The notes below the pieces were generated by a model. It had not been told where the DNA came from. It did not search any database and worked only from the letters and a program-made list of their open reading frames with translations. 64,000 nt of DNA, from NCBI RefSeq assembly GCF_009914755.1, contig NC_060932.1; one strand, written 5' to 3'. The stretch's first letter is position 1. Every line of letters begins with the position of its first letter. Of the stretch, positions 1-15,575 are shown one piece after another. The position numbers were made by a program, and so were the translations under genes. Origin of the DNA: the human T2T-CHM13v2.0 reference genome, Homo sapiens.

Positions 1-540
1 TTCACAGGGGTGAGAACGTAAATTGATACAACTGGTTTTGGAAAAAGGTTGTTATGTACAAGCAAAGTAGCATATTTGTATACCCTGTGACATAGAAATT
101 CAACTTCTCTGTATAAATTCAACAGCTAGGCAGATACATCCGTATCAAAAGACTTGTATAAGAATGTTGATAGTAGCAGTTTCATATTTACTGAAAAACT
201 AGAAATAATCCAAATGCCCAATAGCAGAATGGAGAAATAGATGGTGGTATATTTCAATGAGAATAAAATGATCTACAGCCACAAGCAGCACCTGAATGAA
301 TCTCACAACCACAAATATGAGTGAAAGAAGCCAACACAAAAAGAGGAGCTACTGCATGCTTACCTTTATAAATAAGTTCAAAAGCAGGGAAAAATGTATC
401 CATGTTGTTAAAAGTCAAGAGCAAGGCTACCCTTGACGGAGACGGATATTGACAACAGAGGCTCCGGGAGGCTTCTGGGGTTCTGGAAGTGTTCTTTTTC
501 CTGATGTGGTCACAGGTTTCACGGGTGTAATTTTTTAATT
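1..540 (+). mobile_element. Old L1M (L1MB/ME-like) 3' end fragment
   Basis: Degenerate L1M 3'UTR motifs (aaactagaaataatccaaatgccc, tgaatgaatctcaca, ggcttctggggttctgg). Confidence 0.6.
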
Positions 541-541
541 A

Positions 542-857
<316 letters not shown>

Positions 858-1610
858 GCAATAAACTATATTTATGATTTGTGCATTCTTCTCAAATTTT
901 TTTGGTGTAATAATCCATTTAAGCATTATTATAGAATACAGGGCAATAAATGATATGTTACTAGAAGAAAAAAAGACAACAGAAAATCTTCCTAAATTGA
1001 AGTTAGTTTACTACTATCACTTCCTTAAACCCACAGGGCCTGTCATTCTGTCATGGAACCGTTACAATGCGAAGCAAAATTGAAATAATTTGCATGCAAA
1101 CAGTAGGCAAGGTTGATAAGGCATCCTGTGTTGATTCTGCTGATCAATGCTGACAGGTGAGTTAAAGTACTTCTTAGTAACTCCATTTTATTGTTTTATT
1201 TATTTTAATAAGGCAACAATAAAAAATAATAAAGGACCATTAATAATTTAGTAATACATTTTTCTGGGGATAAGAAAGTCTTCGATGGACTTAATTTTTA
1301 AATGACATTTATAAATCACCTAATCGTTTTATTCTAACTGGTGCCAAGAGTGAAAATGCCTGTGCTTCTGCTTATTTCAGTGAGTCTAATTCATCCTAGA
1401 TAAAAGGGAGATCAGGTTAGATACTAAAATGTCAGAGAGAGGGTAAGAGAAACTCACAGCCCTTAAAGGAAACTCTGTGGAAACTGAGACCTTCAGGAAA
1501 ATCAGACATTAATAGAGATGAAGAAAATCAAATTCAGAGACCTGCCATATTTTTAAAATTTTAATATAATGTCTTTGACTGTATTTTATGATAAAATGTG
1601 CGTAACATAA

Positions 1611-2310
<700 letters not shown>

Positions 2311-2669
2311 TCCACAACATTTTCATCTTGCAAAACTTAAATTCTATACCCACTGAACACTAACATTCTCCTCATCTTCCTCCAGCCCCTGGCAACCATC
2401 ATTTCACTTTGGTCTCTATGAATTTGACTACTCTAGGTACCATATAAGTGGAAACATACAGAATTTGCCTTTTTGACTGGCTTATTTCATAATGTTCTCA
2501 AGGCTTACCTATGTCATAGCACATGTCAGAATCCCATGTCTTTTTAAGGCAGAATAATGTTCCATTGTGTGAATAGAACACATTTTGTTTATGGTTTCAT
2601 CAACCCAGGGTTGTTTCCACCTTTTAGCCATTGTCACACATCTTTAATTTGAGGGTTTTTTGTGATCAA

Positions 2670-3478
2670 ATAAAGATGGCCACATATTCTTTATCACTCC
2701 TCTCATCAACAGGTGGGATTGGGCCACGAGCGGTGGCTCATGCCTGTAATCACAGCACTTTGGGAAGCCAAGGTGATTGGATCACTTGAGGTCAGGAGCT
2801 CAAGACTAGCCTGGCCAACATGGCAAAATCATGTCTCTACTAAAAAAAGAAAAAAAGAAAAAAAAAGAAAAAGAAAAATATATTAGTCAGGCGTGGTGAC
2901 AGGTGCTTGTGATCCCAGCTACTCAAGAGGCTGAGGCAGGAAAATTGCTCAAATCCAGGAGACGGAGGTTGCAGTGAGCCAAGATCATGCCATTTCACTC
3001 CAGCCTGGGCAATAGAACAAGACTCTGTTTCAAAAAAAAAAAAAAAAAAAGTGGGATTGATGTTCTCTGCCCTGAAATCCGGGTAAGCTTTACGACTGTT
3101 TGGCCAATGTAGGAGAGCAGAAATGAAACTGGGCTAGTGTCTGTGTCCAGGCTTAAAACGCTGACAGCCTCCTTCCTTCTCTCTGAAGACCACGATGCTG
3201 GAGAGACCGCAGATGTGTGTCCCGTCCTCTATGCCAGTTGAGCCCTGCATTCCAGCCATCCCAGACAAGATGCCAGACATGGGAAGAAAGACACCTGGGA
3301 CCCGCTAGACCAGCTAGATGTAGAAGAAAACTCAGTCACTGTCACCAGTAGCTGAAGAGTCACCAAGCTGACCTGTGCTCAAATTTCTGGCCCGCAGAAT
3401 CCTCAGATATGATAAAATGGTTCTGTGAAGCTGGTAAGTTTTGGGGTAGTTTGTAATACAAGAATAGATAACCAGGAC
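2670..3478 (+). mobile_element. MLT1-type MaLR LTR interrupted by Alu
   Basis: aaagatggcc start region; MLT1 3' end taagttttggggtagtttgt...atagataac. Confidence 0.65.
2722..3050 (+). mobile_element. AluS
   Basis: Dimeric Alu, expanded A linker, TSD gtgggattg. Confidence 0.9.
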
Positions 3479-3893
3479 TACCTTGACTCTGAACCTTCAG
3501 AAAATCCCTGAAGCCTTGCAGGGAAATCTCCCACTAAATTGGGGATATCAGATCTTTAAATACCTGAAGGAGTTCATGGCAGGAGAAACCACCCCAGCGC
3601 CAGACTATGAAATATCTGCTCATTCCCAGGCAGGTGTGAAGGAGCAGCCAGACCTCAAGAAACATTCTGAACTTTTGGCCCTATGATCCTGAATTCACTC
3701 ACTCTATCAAACGCATGTTTTAGGCTAAGCATTGTGCTAGGCACCTGGGTGACGAAGGTGAGTAAGTTACCTACCTGCCGTCCCTATCACCGATCTTCCA
3801 ATTCTCACCAATACCCTAACCTCAGCTATGTTCTCCGCCTCTTCACCATCCTCCATCCTCCAGCTCCTTATTCCAGGATCAACAGATACACCG

Positions 3894-4190
3894 GGCCGGG
3901 TGCCATGGCTCATGCCTGTAATCCCAGCACTTTGGGAGGCCGAGGTGGGCATATCATGAGGTCAGGAATTTGAGACCAGCCTGGCCAGTACGGTGAAACT
4001 CCATCTCTACCAAAAAAAAAAATTAGCTGGGAGTGGTGGCACAAGCCTGTAATCCCAGCTGCTTGGAGGGTTGAGGCAGGAGAATCGCTTGAACCCAGGA
4101 GGCAGAGGTTGCAGTGAGCCTAGATCGCGCCACTGCACTCCAGCCTGGACAATGGAGTGAGACTCTGTCTCAAAAAAAAAAAAAAAAAAA
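3894..4190 (+). mobile_element. AluS (Sg-like)
   Basis: Dimeric Alu, TSD aacagatacac. Confidence 0.9.
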
Positions 4191-4319
4191 ACAGATACAC
4201 TAACAGATACAGTGTTTTACTGAAGGCCGGGACATTTTGTGAGCTCTCTTAATATATGACTGTAGCTCTAAAATCACCTCTCCCAGGAAAGAGTCCCTTG
4301 GCAAGCAAGGAAGCAAATG

Positions 4320-4382
4320 AGAGAAGGAGAGGCAGAGGGAGAGAGAGAGAAAAGGCAGGCAGGCAGGAAGGAGAAAGAAGGA

Positions 4383-4453
<71 letters not shown>

Positions 4454-4900
4454 GGAGAAAGAAAGAAGGAAAGAAGGAAGGAAAGAAAGAAGGAAGGAAG
4501 GAGAGAGAGAGAGAAAGAAAGGGAGAAAGAGAGAAAGAAAGAGATAGAAGAAAGGGAGGGAAGGATGGGTGAAGAGAAAGGAAGGGAGGAAGGAAGGAAT
4601 GAAGGAAGGAAGGAAGGAAGGAAGGGAGGGAGGGAGGGAGGAAGAGAGGAAGGAAGGAAGGGAGGGAGGGAAGGAGGGAGGGAGGAAGGAATGGGTTTAG
4701 CTTTGAATATGGGTTTAGCCTACTGATTCAGGAGTCACATCATAGCTAAGGCAAGAGAATGGCGTCAACTCAGGAGGAAGGAAGGGAAGAAGGGAAGAGG
4801 GAGGGAGGAAGGAGGGGAGGAGAAGGGAAAAGAAGGAATGAAAGGAGGAGGAAGAGAAGAGCAAAGAAAGAAGGAAGGAAGAGAAAGGAAGAAAGGAGAT
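4320..4900 (+). repeat. Polypurine (GAAA)n/(GGAA)n/(GGGA)n tract
   Basis: Nearly pure G/A on + strand with (GAAA)n at about 4381-4452; interrupted at 4691-4777. Confidence 0.95.
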
Positions 4901-5760
4901 CCAGCCAGGTACTGCTTAATACTAGCATTTTCTAGCATTTTCTAATTAATTTTGTTTGTTCATTTTGCTTGTACAGTCTACTAGAAGTTCTCCAGTGTGC
5001 ATTTTAGAATTCATGAGAGAGACAGAAACTCACCGTTAACTTAGTCTAAGACAACACAGTGAATTCAAAGGGAAACCTGAGCAGAATACAAATAGCTCTT
5101 AGGGAAAACATTTCTGACTTTGTACAAGATATAGCAAATCAATGTTTTTCTAATAGGACATTAACTGCTTCCCAAGCATAGCATGATCCGTTTCCCATGT
5201 TTAGATTTGTTTTATTTCAGAAGGAAAGCCAGTGAAGTCTTGCTCTAAAGGAGCTCCCTTAACTGACAATGCAGAATGAGTTCATTCTGAAGTCAGGGGA
5301 CAATGTTTACATCTCCTGGTTTTCTCCTGGGGCTGTCATTTGCCATGGGCATGATGACCGCTGTGTGTAGACTCAGCGTTTCTTGTTCCAGGTCCCCCAG
5401 GTGGAAGCTGGCATATGTGAGCAGACTCATCCTCATCGGAAGAGAGTATCTAGAAGTGGCCCTGGTGACATTAGCCACTGGTAAGCTGTAGGAGCAAGCC
5501 CTGAGCACTGAGATGCCTCCACAGTAGCAGCCTTCTCCTCTTTCCATCAGATCTGCTGAGATCTGATACAGAGCTTCTCTCTCACTTCTCTTATTTACAA
5601 TGAATTGGTATAGAAGCCCTGTTATCAACTTAGTTCATTCTAGTCCATTACACCCATCATTAACAGTGGCTTGATGTACTTAGAACTCCCAGAAAATACC
5701 TAGAGCCTCCTCGACCCAAGTATCACAAATTTTAAACCAACAAGATGTTGCTAGGGTACT

Positions 5761-6280
5761 TGTGTTAGTCAGGATTCTCCAGGGACACAAAATCCATAGA
5801 ATCCATACAGATATATGAAAAGACATTTATTATTAGAGATTGACTCACATGATAATGGAAGGTGAGAAGTCCCACAGCCTTCCATCTGCAAGGGCGAGGA
5901 CCACAAACTCAGGTGGTGTAGTTCCAATCCAAGCTCAAAGGCCTGAGAACCAGGACAGCCAAGGGTGTACGTCCCAGTCTGAGTAAAAAGGCTCAAGAGC
6001 CAGAAGCTCTCATGCCCAAGGGCAGCAGAAGACAGATGTCGCAGCTCAAGCAAAGAGAGCAAGCTCACCCTTCCCCCATCTGTTTATTCCATCTCAGCCT
6101 TCAACAGACTGGGTGATGCCCACGCATATTGGTGAGGGGACATCCACCTTACTCAGTCTACAGATTCAAACGCTAATCTCGTCCAGAAACACCAGCACAG
6201 ACACACCCAGAAATCATGATTTACCAACCCCCTGGGCATCTCTTAGCCCAGTCAAACTGACACATAAAATTAACTATGAC
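5761..6280 (-). mobile_element. MLT2 (ERVL) solo LTR
   Basis: Termini tgtgttagtcaggattctccag and cagtcaaactgacacataaaattaactatgaca match reverse MLT2 consensus. Confidence 0.85.
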
Positions 6281-6665
6281 AGCACTCCCACGCCTGGCAG
6301 GACGCACACAACCGTAGCAGTGAACTCTGGAGAACCAGCAAAGAATATAGCTGAGGGACAAGGGGTTGGCGACAGCTGGAACATCAATGACAGTGAGCAT
6401 TGATCAATGCCTTCAGAACTGTGCTATTGCACCAAACCCACCACATCAGAACCCCTTGGAAAGGGACACAGCCCATAATAAGTAAGCCCCTATGGCCTTT
6501 GAATGTGTGTTCAGCCTACTGATTCAGGAGTCACATCATAACCAAATTGCTCCCCCTAGCTGCATCTGTACCGGGTCCCATCTCCCTCTCATTTGACGTC
6601 ACCCCATCAGTGGATTCCAGCACCCTTCCCAACAGAATCTCCTGAAGTTGTCATTAGTGTATCTA

Positions 6666-6963
6666 TTTTTTTTTTTTTTTTTTGAGACGGAGTCTCGCTC
6701 TGTCGCCCAGGCTGCAGTGCAGTGCCGCAATCTCCACTCACTGCAAGCTCCGCCTCCCGAGTTCACGCCATTCTCTTGCCTCAGCCTCCGAGTAGCTGGG
6801 ACTACAGGCGCCTGCCACCACGCCCGGCTAATTTTTTGTATTTTTAGTGGAGACGGGGTTTCACCATATTGGCCAGGCTGGTCTGAAACTCCTGACCTTG
6901 TGATCCTCCCGCCTTGGCCTCCCAAAGTGCTGGGATTACAGCTGTGAGTCACCGTGCCTGGCC
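6666..6963 (-). mobile_element. AluY-like
   Basis: Dimeric Alu, Y-type right arm; private changes ctcttgcc and ccgagttc. Confidence 0.9.
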
Positions 6964-6982
6964 TCCTTTTAGTGTGTGTGTG

Positions 6983-7730
<748 letters not shown>

Positions 7731-7917
7731 AGTAATCAGTCATTTCTTATCCTTAGGCCTTCAAGTTTAGGAACCCGGCCAGAGACTCTTACTGAGAAGT
7801 TAAGAAAAAAAAAATATATATATATTTATTACCAAGCCAATGACTGTCAATGATCATTTTCCTCTGCTGAATAGGTTAATTGTTCATGAGCTTATTTTTG
7901 GTTAGATATACCAATCA

Positions 7918-8219
<302 letters not shown>

Positions 8220-8490
8220 CTGCATGGTTTTAATATCACAATGATGCCATTGGACTTTATAGAAGGCAAACGGGAAATGGAGCCTGGGTTTCCAAATAAA
8301 TTATCATAAAATACTCCGTAATTAGGTGTAATAAGGGGATTCACAAAAAAATCTTTAATAAGTATTTGTTCACTTAAGGGTGCTCCACCTTAAGAAATTA
8401 CTGTCAGGTCTTGGCAGAGAATGGGGAGAAGTTTGTGGGAGGAAAGAAGCCTGAAATTCAAATATTTTCCTTTTCGCCTACATATTTCTC

Positions 8491-8801
<311 letters not shown>

Positions 8802-10344
8802 GACCCTCCTTCCTTTCTTACTCTATTGGCAGGAGAAACTATTGTAGGTCCCTCCAAACTACTAGTGCAACAGGAAAGAAGGAGAGTGGGAAGAATCATA
8901 GATTGCAAGTAGTGGGAAGAACAGAAAGTACAAACAAAGAAAATGAGTCTAAGGCTAAGCCATCTACATCTACCAACAATCTCTGTACCGTTTTCTTTTC
9001 AGTGAGGACTTACTGGGCATCTTCAATGTTCAGATGTGTGTAAGGCCCTAGAAAAACCAAAATGAATAACACACAGTTTCTGCATGCAAGCTCTTGCCAC
9101 ACCGGGGAAGATGGTCTCTACATTTCAGTCCCCAGCAGTCTTATCATCATTCAGTTGCACATGCCTGAATTGCTTTTTGTGAGCAGGCTTTTTGTGAGTC
9201 TACTGAAAAAGGTCAGGAAGACAAACAGCCTCCTTTAAAATACTGAATACATTGGAAGGGTAAACAGTACGTTGAATTGGTCTTGCAATATCAGCATTTC
9301 CAATTTTTGCCATTAAATATTTATAAGGATTTTAGATTTCTGGTGACGGATATTCTTTAACAAAATTAATTATAATGAAAACTTGGGAATGGTTCCTGTC
9401 TCTTTTCCCAAATAAATGTTTGCCTTGATTTATGCCCATTTTAATGCAAAAATTTTTCTCCATCACAGTCCTGAATACTACGACTTGTCTCAAACAAGAA
9501 TTCTTGTTTTTATCAACTCAAGTCATTGAGAGGGAAATGTGTTTTTTTATTTAGCTTCTCAGTTGCTAATCAATCGCTAATTATCTTTAACCATATTGAC
9601 CTTCTCCCACTGGTTTTGCCATAAAGATTAATGAGTGACATTACAAGGAGTACAATTTCATGCATTGAAAAGAATGGATTCATACATTATTCACTCCACA
9701 TAAATACATGCACTTTCACTTGGAACTGTAAAAGATCAGAGAAAGAAGCACTGAGGAGAGAAACAATCTGACCAAGGCAAGAACTGGGACGGGAAAATTA
9801 TATACGATGGAAATGGGGAAAGACAGACCAATCTGTGTACAAATGAAGCTGCTTGGAAGGAAGTAAGAACATGAGGGAAGACAAATAAATAAGTGCCTCC
9901 AACTGTGTGTACATCCTCATGGTGTGTGGCAGAATCCTGAGCCCCAGAGTCTTCCCTGGTCAAACACCACACCTGCAGCCCCCTCTGCTGGCTCCCAATG
10001 GGTACATCTGCAAAGAGCGAGTCCAGGCAAATGAACACTATTAAGATTCTCTGGTTGGCCCCCATACTCTCTGGTTTCCTATCCTATGAATAGTCAAAAA
10101 ACAAAACAAAACAAAACAAAACTTTCTTCTGAACTAGAGGAAAAATAAATAAAAATAAATGGCCTCCTGTGGGCTTCTTTTCATTGAAATCCCTTTTGTT
10201 TTCTAGTTGGCCACCTAAAGAAGGAAGAGACAGTTGGTGCATCTTCCAGATCGAAATAAACTCTGGCTTCTGTTGGGTCATGAAGAAGAGAGGGAATGGG
10301 AAGAAATCTAAAATGAGAATCCGAAGAATATCCTCCAAAAGAGC

Positions 10345-10700
10345 TACTATTGTCCCCAGTTCTTGACACAGAGCTTCAATAACCTTTGGAATTTTCTGAG
10401 CAGTACAAGTGCCTTTGTTAAGCTAATGAGGTGACTCAGCCTAGGCCCCCTTCATGATGGGGCTATCATCAGGAAGACCAAGCAGGTAGATATAGGGTTG
10501 GGACTTTCAGCTGCCGGACCTCCGGGAAGAGGCTGGAGATTAAGTTCAATCGGGCAGCCAGTGATTTACTGAGTCAATGAAGCCCCAGTAAAGTCTTTGA
10601 ACACCAACTCAGCGCAGCTTCCTCCTGGTCAGTGCACACATGGATGTGTCAGGATGGTGAAGCGCTCCAACTCCCTGAGGAGGGTGTGACAGCTCTGCTT
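10345..10700 (+). mobile_element. MER21-like LTR fragment
   Basis: gtccccagttcttgacacagagct, ctaatgaggtgactc, gggttgggactttcagc, ctggagattaagttcaatc. Confidence 0.6.
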
Positions 10701-10708
10701 GCCATGAC

Positions 10709-10808
10709 TGGATTCCTGACCCACAAAAACAGCTAACTAATAAATGTTTGTTGTTTTAAGCCACTAAATTTTGGGGTAATTTGTTACACAGCAACAGATA
10801 GCTAATAT
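10709..10808 (+). mobile_element. MLT1 LTR 3' end
   Basis: aataaatgtttgttgttttaagccactaaattttggggtaatttgttacacagc. Confidence 0.75.
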
Positions 10809-11092
10809 GCATCCCAAGAGGTAAAAATAAGTATTCATTGAGTAACTTCACTGTGAAATTTTAGTACAGGAAATGCAAACAGAATATGTTTAAAACAACT
10901 GGAAAGGAAAATGTAGAACATCTGCAAAGAACAAAGATTAACAAACATCAGAAAATAACCAATCAATAAAAGGCTAAGAGACAATAAGCAACTGCCTAAA
11001 AGTTGACACCCAGTTACTATCATCAAAGAGTGAAGGGAAAATAAAGACACATCAGAGACTATCTGCAACTCACAGATCCTTGCTTAACAAAC

Positions 11093-11215
11093 TTTTTTTT
11101 TTTTTTTTTTGAGACGGAGTTTTACTCTTGTTGCCCACGCAGTGAGCCGAGGTCGCACCGCGGCACTCCAGCCTGGCGACAGAGTGAGACTCCATCTCAA
11201 AAAGTAATAATAATA
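11093..11215. mobile_element. Fused 3' ends of two oppositely oriented Alus
   Basis: Minus-strand Alu tail 11093-11137 joined directly to plus-strand Alu 3' end 11139-11203. Confidence 0.85.
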
Positions 11216-11271
11216 AATTGGGGGAAATTAAAAACACGTTGGAACTAAATATTGAAGAAAATACTACGTAA

Positions 11272-11625
<354 letters not shown>

Positions 11626-11629
11626 TAAG

Positions 11630-11631
<2 letters not shown>

Positions 11632-11670
<39 letters not shown>
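11632..11670. repeat. (TG)n microsatellite
   Basis: Direct. Confidence 0.95.
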
Positions 11671-11673
<3 letters not shown>

Positions 11674-11674
11674 C

Positions 11675-11797
11675 CGTAAAGAAAGGGGTCTCAATATGTT
11701 GCTCAGGCTGGTCTCAAACTCCTAGGCTCAAGAGATCCTTCTGCCTTTGCATCCCTAAGTGCTGGGATTACAGGATTACATGCATGAGCCACCAAGA
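11675..11797 (-). mobile_element. AluJ left arm / FLAM
   Basis: ggggtctcaatatgttgctcaggctggtctcaaactcctaggctcaag. Confidence 0.75.
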
Positions 11798-11798
11798 C

Positions 11799-11906
11799 CA
11801 GTTGACCCTTGAACAACATGGAGGGTTAGGGGTACCAATCCCTTGGGCAGTCAAAAATGCACTTATAACTTTTGACTCCCCCAAAACATAACTACTAATA
11901 GCCTAC
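11799..11906. mobile_element. Tigger2-family terminal fragment
   Basis: TIR cagttgacccttgaacaac followed by ataacttttgactccccc...actactaatagcctac. Confidence 0.75.
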
Positions 11907-12594
11907 TGAGAGGTGAAGCCAGCTGGACTTCCTGGGTCCAGTGGGGACTTGGAGAACTTTTCTGTCTAGCTAAAGGTTTGTAAAAGCACCAATCAGTACT
12001 CTGTAAAATTGCACGAATCAGCACTCTGTGTCTAGCTTAGGTTTGTAAACGCACCAATATGCACTCTGTAAAAATGGACCAATCAGCACTCTGTAAAATG
12101 GACCAATCAGCAGGATGTGGGCGAGGCCAAATAAGGAAATAAAAGCTGGCCACCTGAGGCAGCAGCGGCAACCCCGTCAGTCCTCTTCGACTTTGTGGAA
12201 GCTTTGTTCTTTCACTGTTCGCGATAAATCTTGCTGCTGCTCACTTTTTGGGTCCGCACTACCTTTATGAGCTGTAACACTCACCAGGAAAGTCTGCAGC
12301 TCCATTCCTGACATCAGTGAGACCACGAACCCACCGGGAGGAACAAACAACTCCGGACGCACCACCTTTAAGAGCTGTAACACTCATTGCGAAGGTTTGT
12401 GGCTTCACTCATGAAGTCACTGAGATCATGAACCCACCAAAAAGAAGAAACTCTGGACACATCTGAACATCTGAAGGTACAAACTCTGGACACACCATCT
12501 TTAAGAACTGTAACACTCTCTGTGAGGGTCTGTGGCTTCATTCTTGAAGTCAGTGAGACCAAGAACCCACCAGAAGGAACCAATTCCAAACACA
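11907..12594 (+). mobile_element. LTR12(F-like) solo LTR of HERV9
   Basis: Start tgagaggtgaagccagctggacttcc; tandem ccaatcagc boxes; U5 repeats; end gaaggaaccaattccaaacaca. Confidence 0.9.
11985..12146 (+). promoter_or_regulatory. LTR12 U3 CCAAT (NF-Y) cluster and TATA-like aataaaa
   Basis: Four ccaat boxes plus one degenerate copy before aataaaagc; known LTR12 promoter layout; activity not shown. Confidence 0.5.
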
Positions 12595-12599
12595 GAAGG

Positions 12600-13090
12600 A
12601 TTAAAGCGAGCTGTATAAGGAGGAAGGGATCAATTCACCACAAAGATGATCACAACTTATGTGAACTCGTGTGGCCTTAACAATATAGCCTCAAAACATG
12701 GAATTGTTTTTGAAAACATTCCAAGGAAAAATGGTCAAATCTACAGTCATACTGAAGAGTTTAATATATGTCTCTTACCAAGTGATATAACCAGCAGAAA
12801 AAAAAAGATTCAAAAAGTATAAACAAAACAATAAACAAGCCTAATCTAATGAGCATATATAGAACCCTGCACCCAATAATTATAAATGAATTTTCCTTTC
12901 AAGTACATTATACAGGGAACAATTACAAAAATTGATCACATTCTTAAGTTGTTCATGAATTTTCGACCAATGTAATTGAGTCAATGTCATCCTGACCATG
13001 TTCGTTGACCATTAAGCAATAAAATCAGAAGCAAATATCCAAAAGTTCAACAAAAAAAAAGTTATATAGTTACCACTTAAGAGCTTCTAA
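12600..13090 (+). mobile_element. Old L1M ORF2 fragment
   Basis: atatatagaaccctgcacccaa, acaaaaattgatcacat, gaccattaagcaataaaatcagaa resemble L1 endonuclease region. Confidence 0.55.
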
Positions 13091-14167
13091 AATGTCATTG
13101 CAAACAAAGCTTTAGGAGTCAGCATACTCCCCTTCTCCTCCTGGAAATCATAAAGAAGCAGCAAGGAGAACCAAAGCCACTTTTATAAACCCCATTTTTT
13201 TAGCGAAACCAGGAGACAGATATAACCCACAGACTACAAATTATCTACAGAAGCTTCCAAAAGCCACTGAAATGGGGCAAAAGTCACTCAAGAGGAATTG
13301 AAGAGAACAAAACACAGTGGAAGTTAATCTTGTAAAACGCCAGCAAAAACATGCTCCCTGGGGGTGAGGGAAAAACAAAAGGCAACAACTATATCCCTTA
13401 TTTGCAGCAACCTACCCTCGATTTGCAACAGTGGGCGTGGAAATGGTAGGGGCGGGGTGTCCTGTGTGGTTCAGTGAAACCAACAGCAGGGATAACACAC
13501 ATGAGTCATGTTTGTCTCTGTGACCGCCAGAATTCATCTTTCAAGTATAAAAATAACTAACAGTAAATAAACATACAAGAACTCAAGGAACATTGTTCCC
13601 ATGAGTCTTCCTGAGGAGATTAATAAAGGATGAATCTCAGCCAACCAACTTAGGGAAATAACAGAAAAAAAAAATGGCTGACTATATAGAACTAAAACAT
13701 AAACAACTCTAAAGTTTAAAGTAGTAGACTGTAACATGCATGTTATATACCCTGACAGTGCAGAAAAGATTCGTTTAGTAGAAATGTGGCAGGAAAGTGA
13801 GAAGAAAGCATGGAAATTAGGATAAATTCATTGAATGCTTAATCCAAAATAGCCAGTTCTAAAATACAGCTTAGAGCTAAAAAAGTAAGTAAATTCTAAA
13901 CATCCATTATAGTATTAAGACAATATGATGAATAATAATATTAATAAATGTAAAATAGGTGGTTGAGGAATGGAAATCGGGGAAAAAACAAGCTAATTTT
14001 ATGATTCTTCTTAGAAACTAATAGATATTCTTTAAAGAAATAGAGTTCTGAGATAATTATATGATTATATAAAAGTAACCCTAAAATAAAAATACGAACT
14101 TTACTAATTACCCAAAAATTAAGAAAAGAAACAAAGCAAAGAGTTCACAGTTAACACTATATATATA

Positions 14168-14480
<313 letters not shown>

Positions 14481-14499
14481 AATACTATATTTTTAATAT

Positions 14500-14992
14500 A
14501 TTTCATTTTTTAGAGCAATTTTAGATCCACAGCAAAATTGAATGGAAAGTACAGAATTCCTATATACTTGACCCCACATGCTCACAGCCTCCCCCATCAA
14601 AATCCCTACACAGAGTGCTATGTTTGTTACAGTCGATGAAACTACATTGAAACGTCATTATCAGTCAGATCCCATAGTTTACATTTGGGTCACTCTTGGT
14701 ATTGCACATTCCGTGGGTTTGGACAGATGTATGATGATGTGTATACACCATTATAGCATCATACAAAGCAGTTTCATTTCCCCCCAAAATCCTCTGTGTT
14801 CTGACTGTTTGTCCCTCCCTCCCCACTAAGCCCGGGCAACCCACTGGTCTTTTTCCTGTCTCTATAGCTTTGCCTTTTCCAGAATGTCTTGAGTTGAAAC
14901 CATACAGGATGTAGCCTTTTCAAATTGGCTTCTTTCACTTAGTAACCTGCATTTAAGTTTCCTCCTCCAAGTCTTTTCATGGCTTGATAGTT

Positions 14993-15035
<43 letters not shown>

Positions 15036-15575
15036 CAGACAGAGTCTCGCTCTGTCGCCTGGGCTGAATTTCAGTGGCGCGATCTCGGCTCACTGCAACA
15101 TCCGCCTCCTGGGTTCAAGCAATTCCCCTGCCTCAGACTTCCGAGTAGCTGGGACTACAGGCGTGTGCCACTAGGCCCAGCTAATTTTTGTATTTTTAGT
15201 AGAGACGGGATTTCACCATGTTGGTTGGCCAGGATGGTCTCTATCTCTTGACCTCATGATCCACCCACCTCGGCCTCCCAAAGTGCTGGGATTACAGGCA
15301 TGAACCACCGCTCCCAGTGGATAGTTCATCTCTTTTAGTGCTAATAGTCCATTGTCTGGATATGCCACAGTGTGTATATATATCCAGTGACTTATTGACG
15401 GACATCTTGAATGATTCCAAGCTTTGGCAACTATGAATAAAGCTGCCGTAAACATCCGTGTGAAAGTGTTTGTGTGGATATCAGTTTTCATTTCCTTTGG
15501 GTAAATACCAAGGAGCACAATTGCTGGATCACATGCTAAGAATATGTTTAGTTTTGTATGAAACTGCCAAATCAT
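14500..15575 (-). mobile_element. L1MC/MD-like 3' end
   Basis: ttttagagcaattttagatccacagcaaaattg...; ttggcaactatgaataaagctgc. Confidence 0.75.
14998..15317 (-). mobile_element. AluSc with (CA)n-converted tail
   Basis: Dimeric Alu; (TG)n 14998-15033; TSD gatagttc. Confidence 0.9.

Noticed and set aside
1088-1162. Octamer ATTTGCAT and CAG|GTGAGT donor
   Set aside because: Isolated short motifs with no supporting exon or promoter context
4256-4726. 156-aa Arg/Glu/Lys-rich ORF
   Set aside because: Translation of the GA simple repeat
5293-5628. 111-aa minus-strand ORF in unique DNA
   Set aside because: No recognisable homology, non-ATG start, no splice or poly-A support
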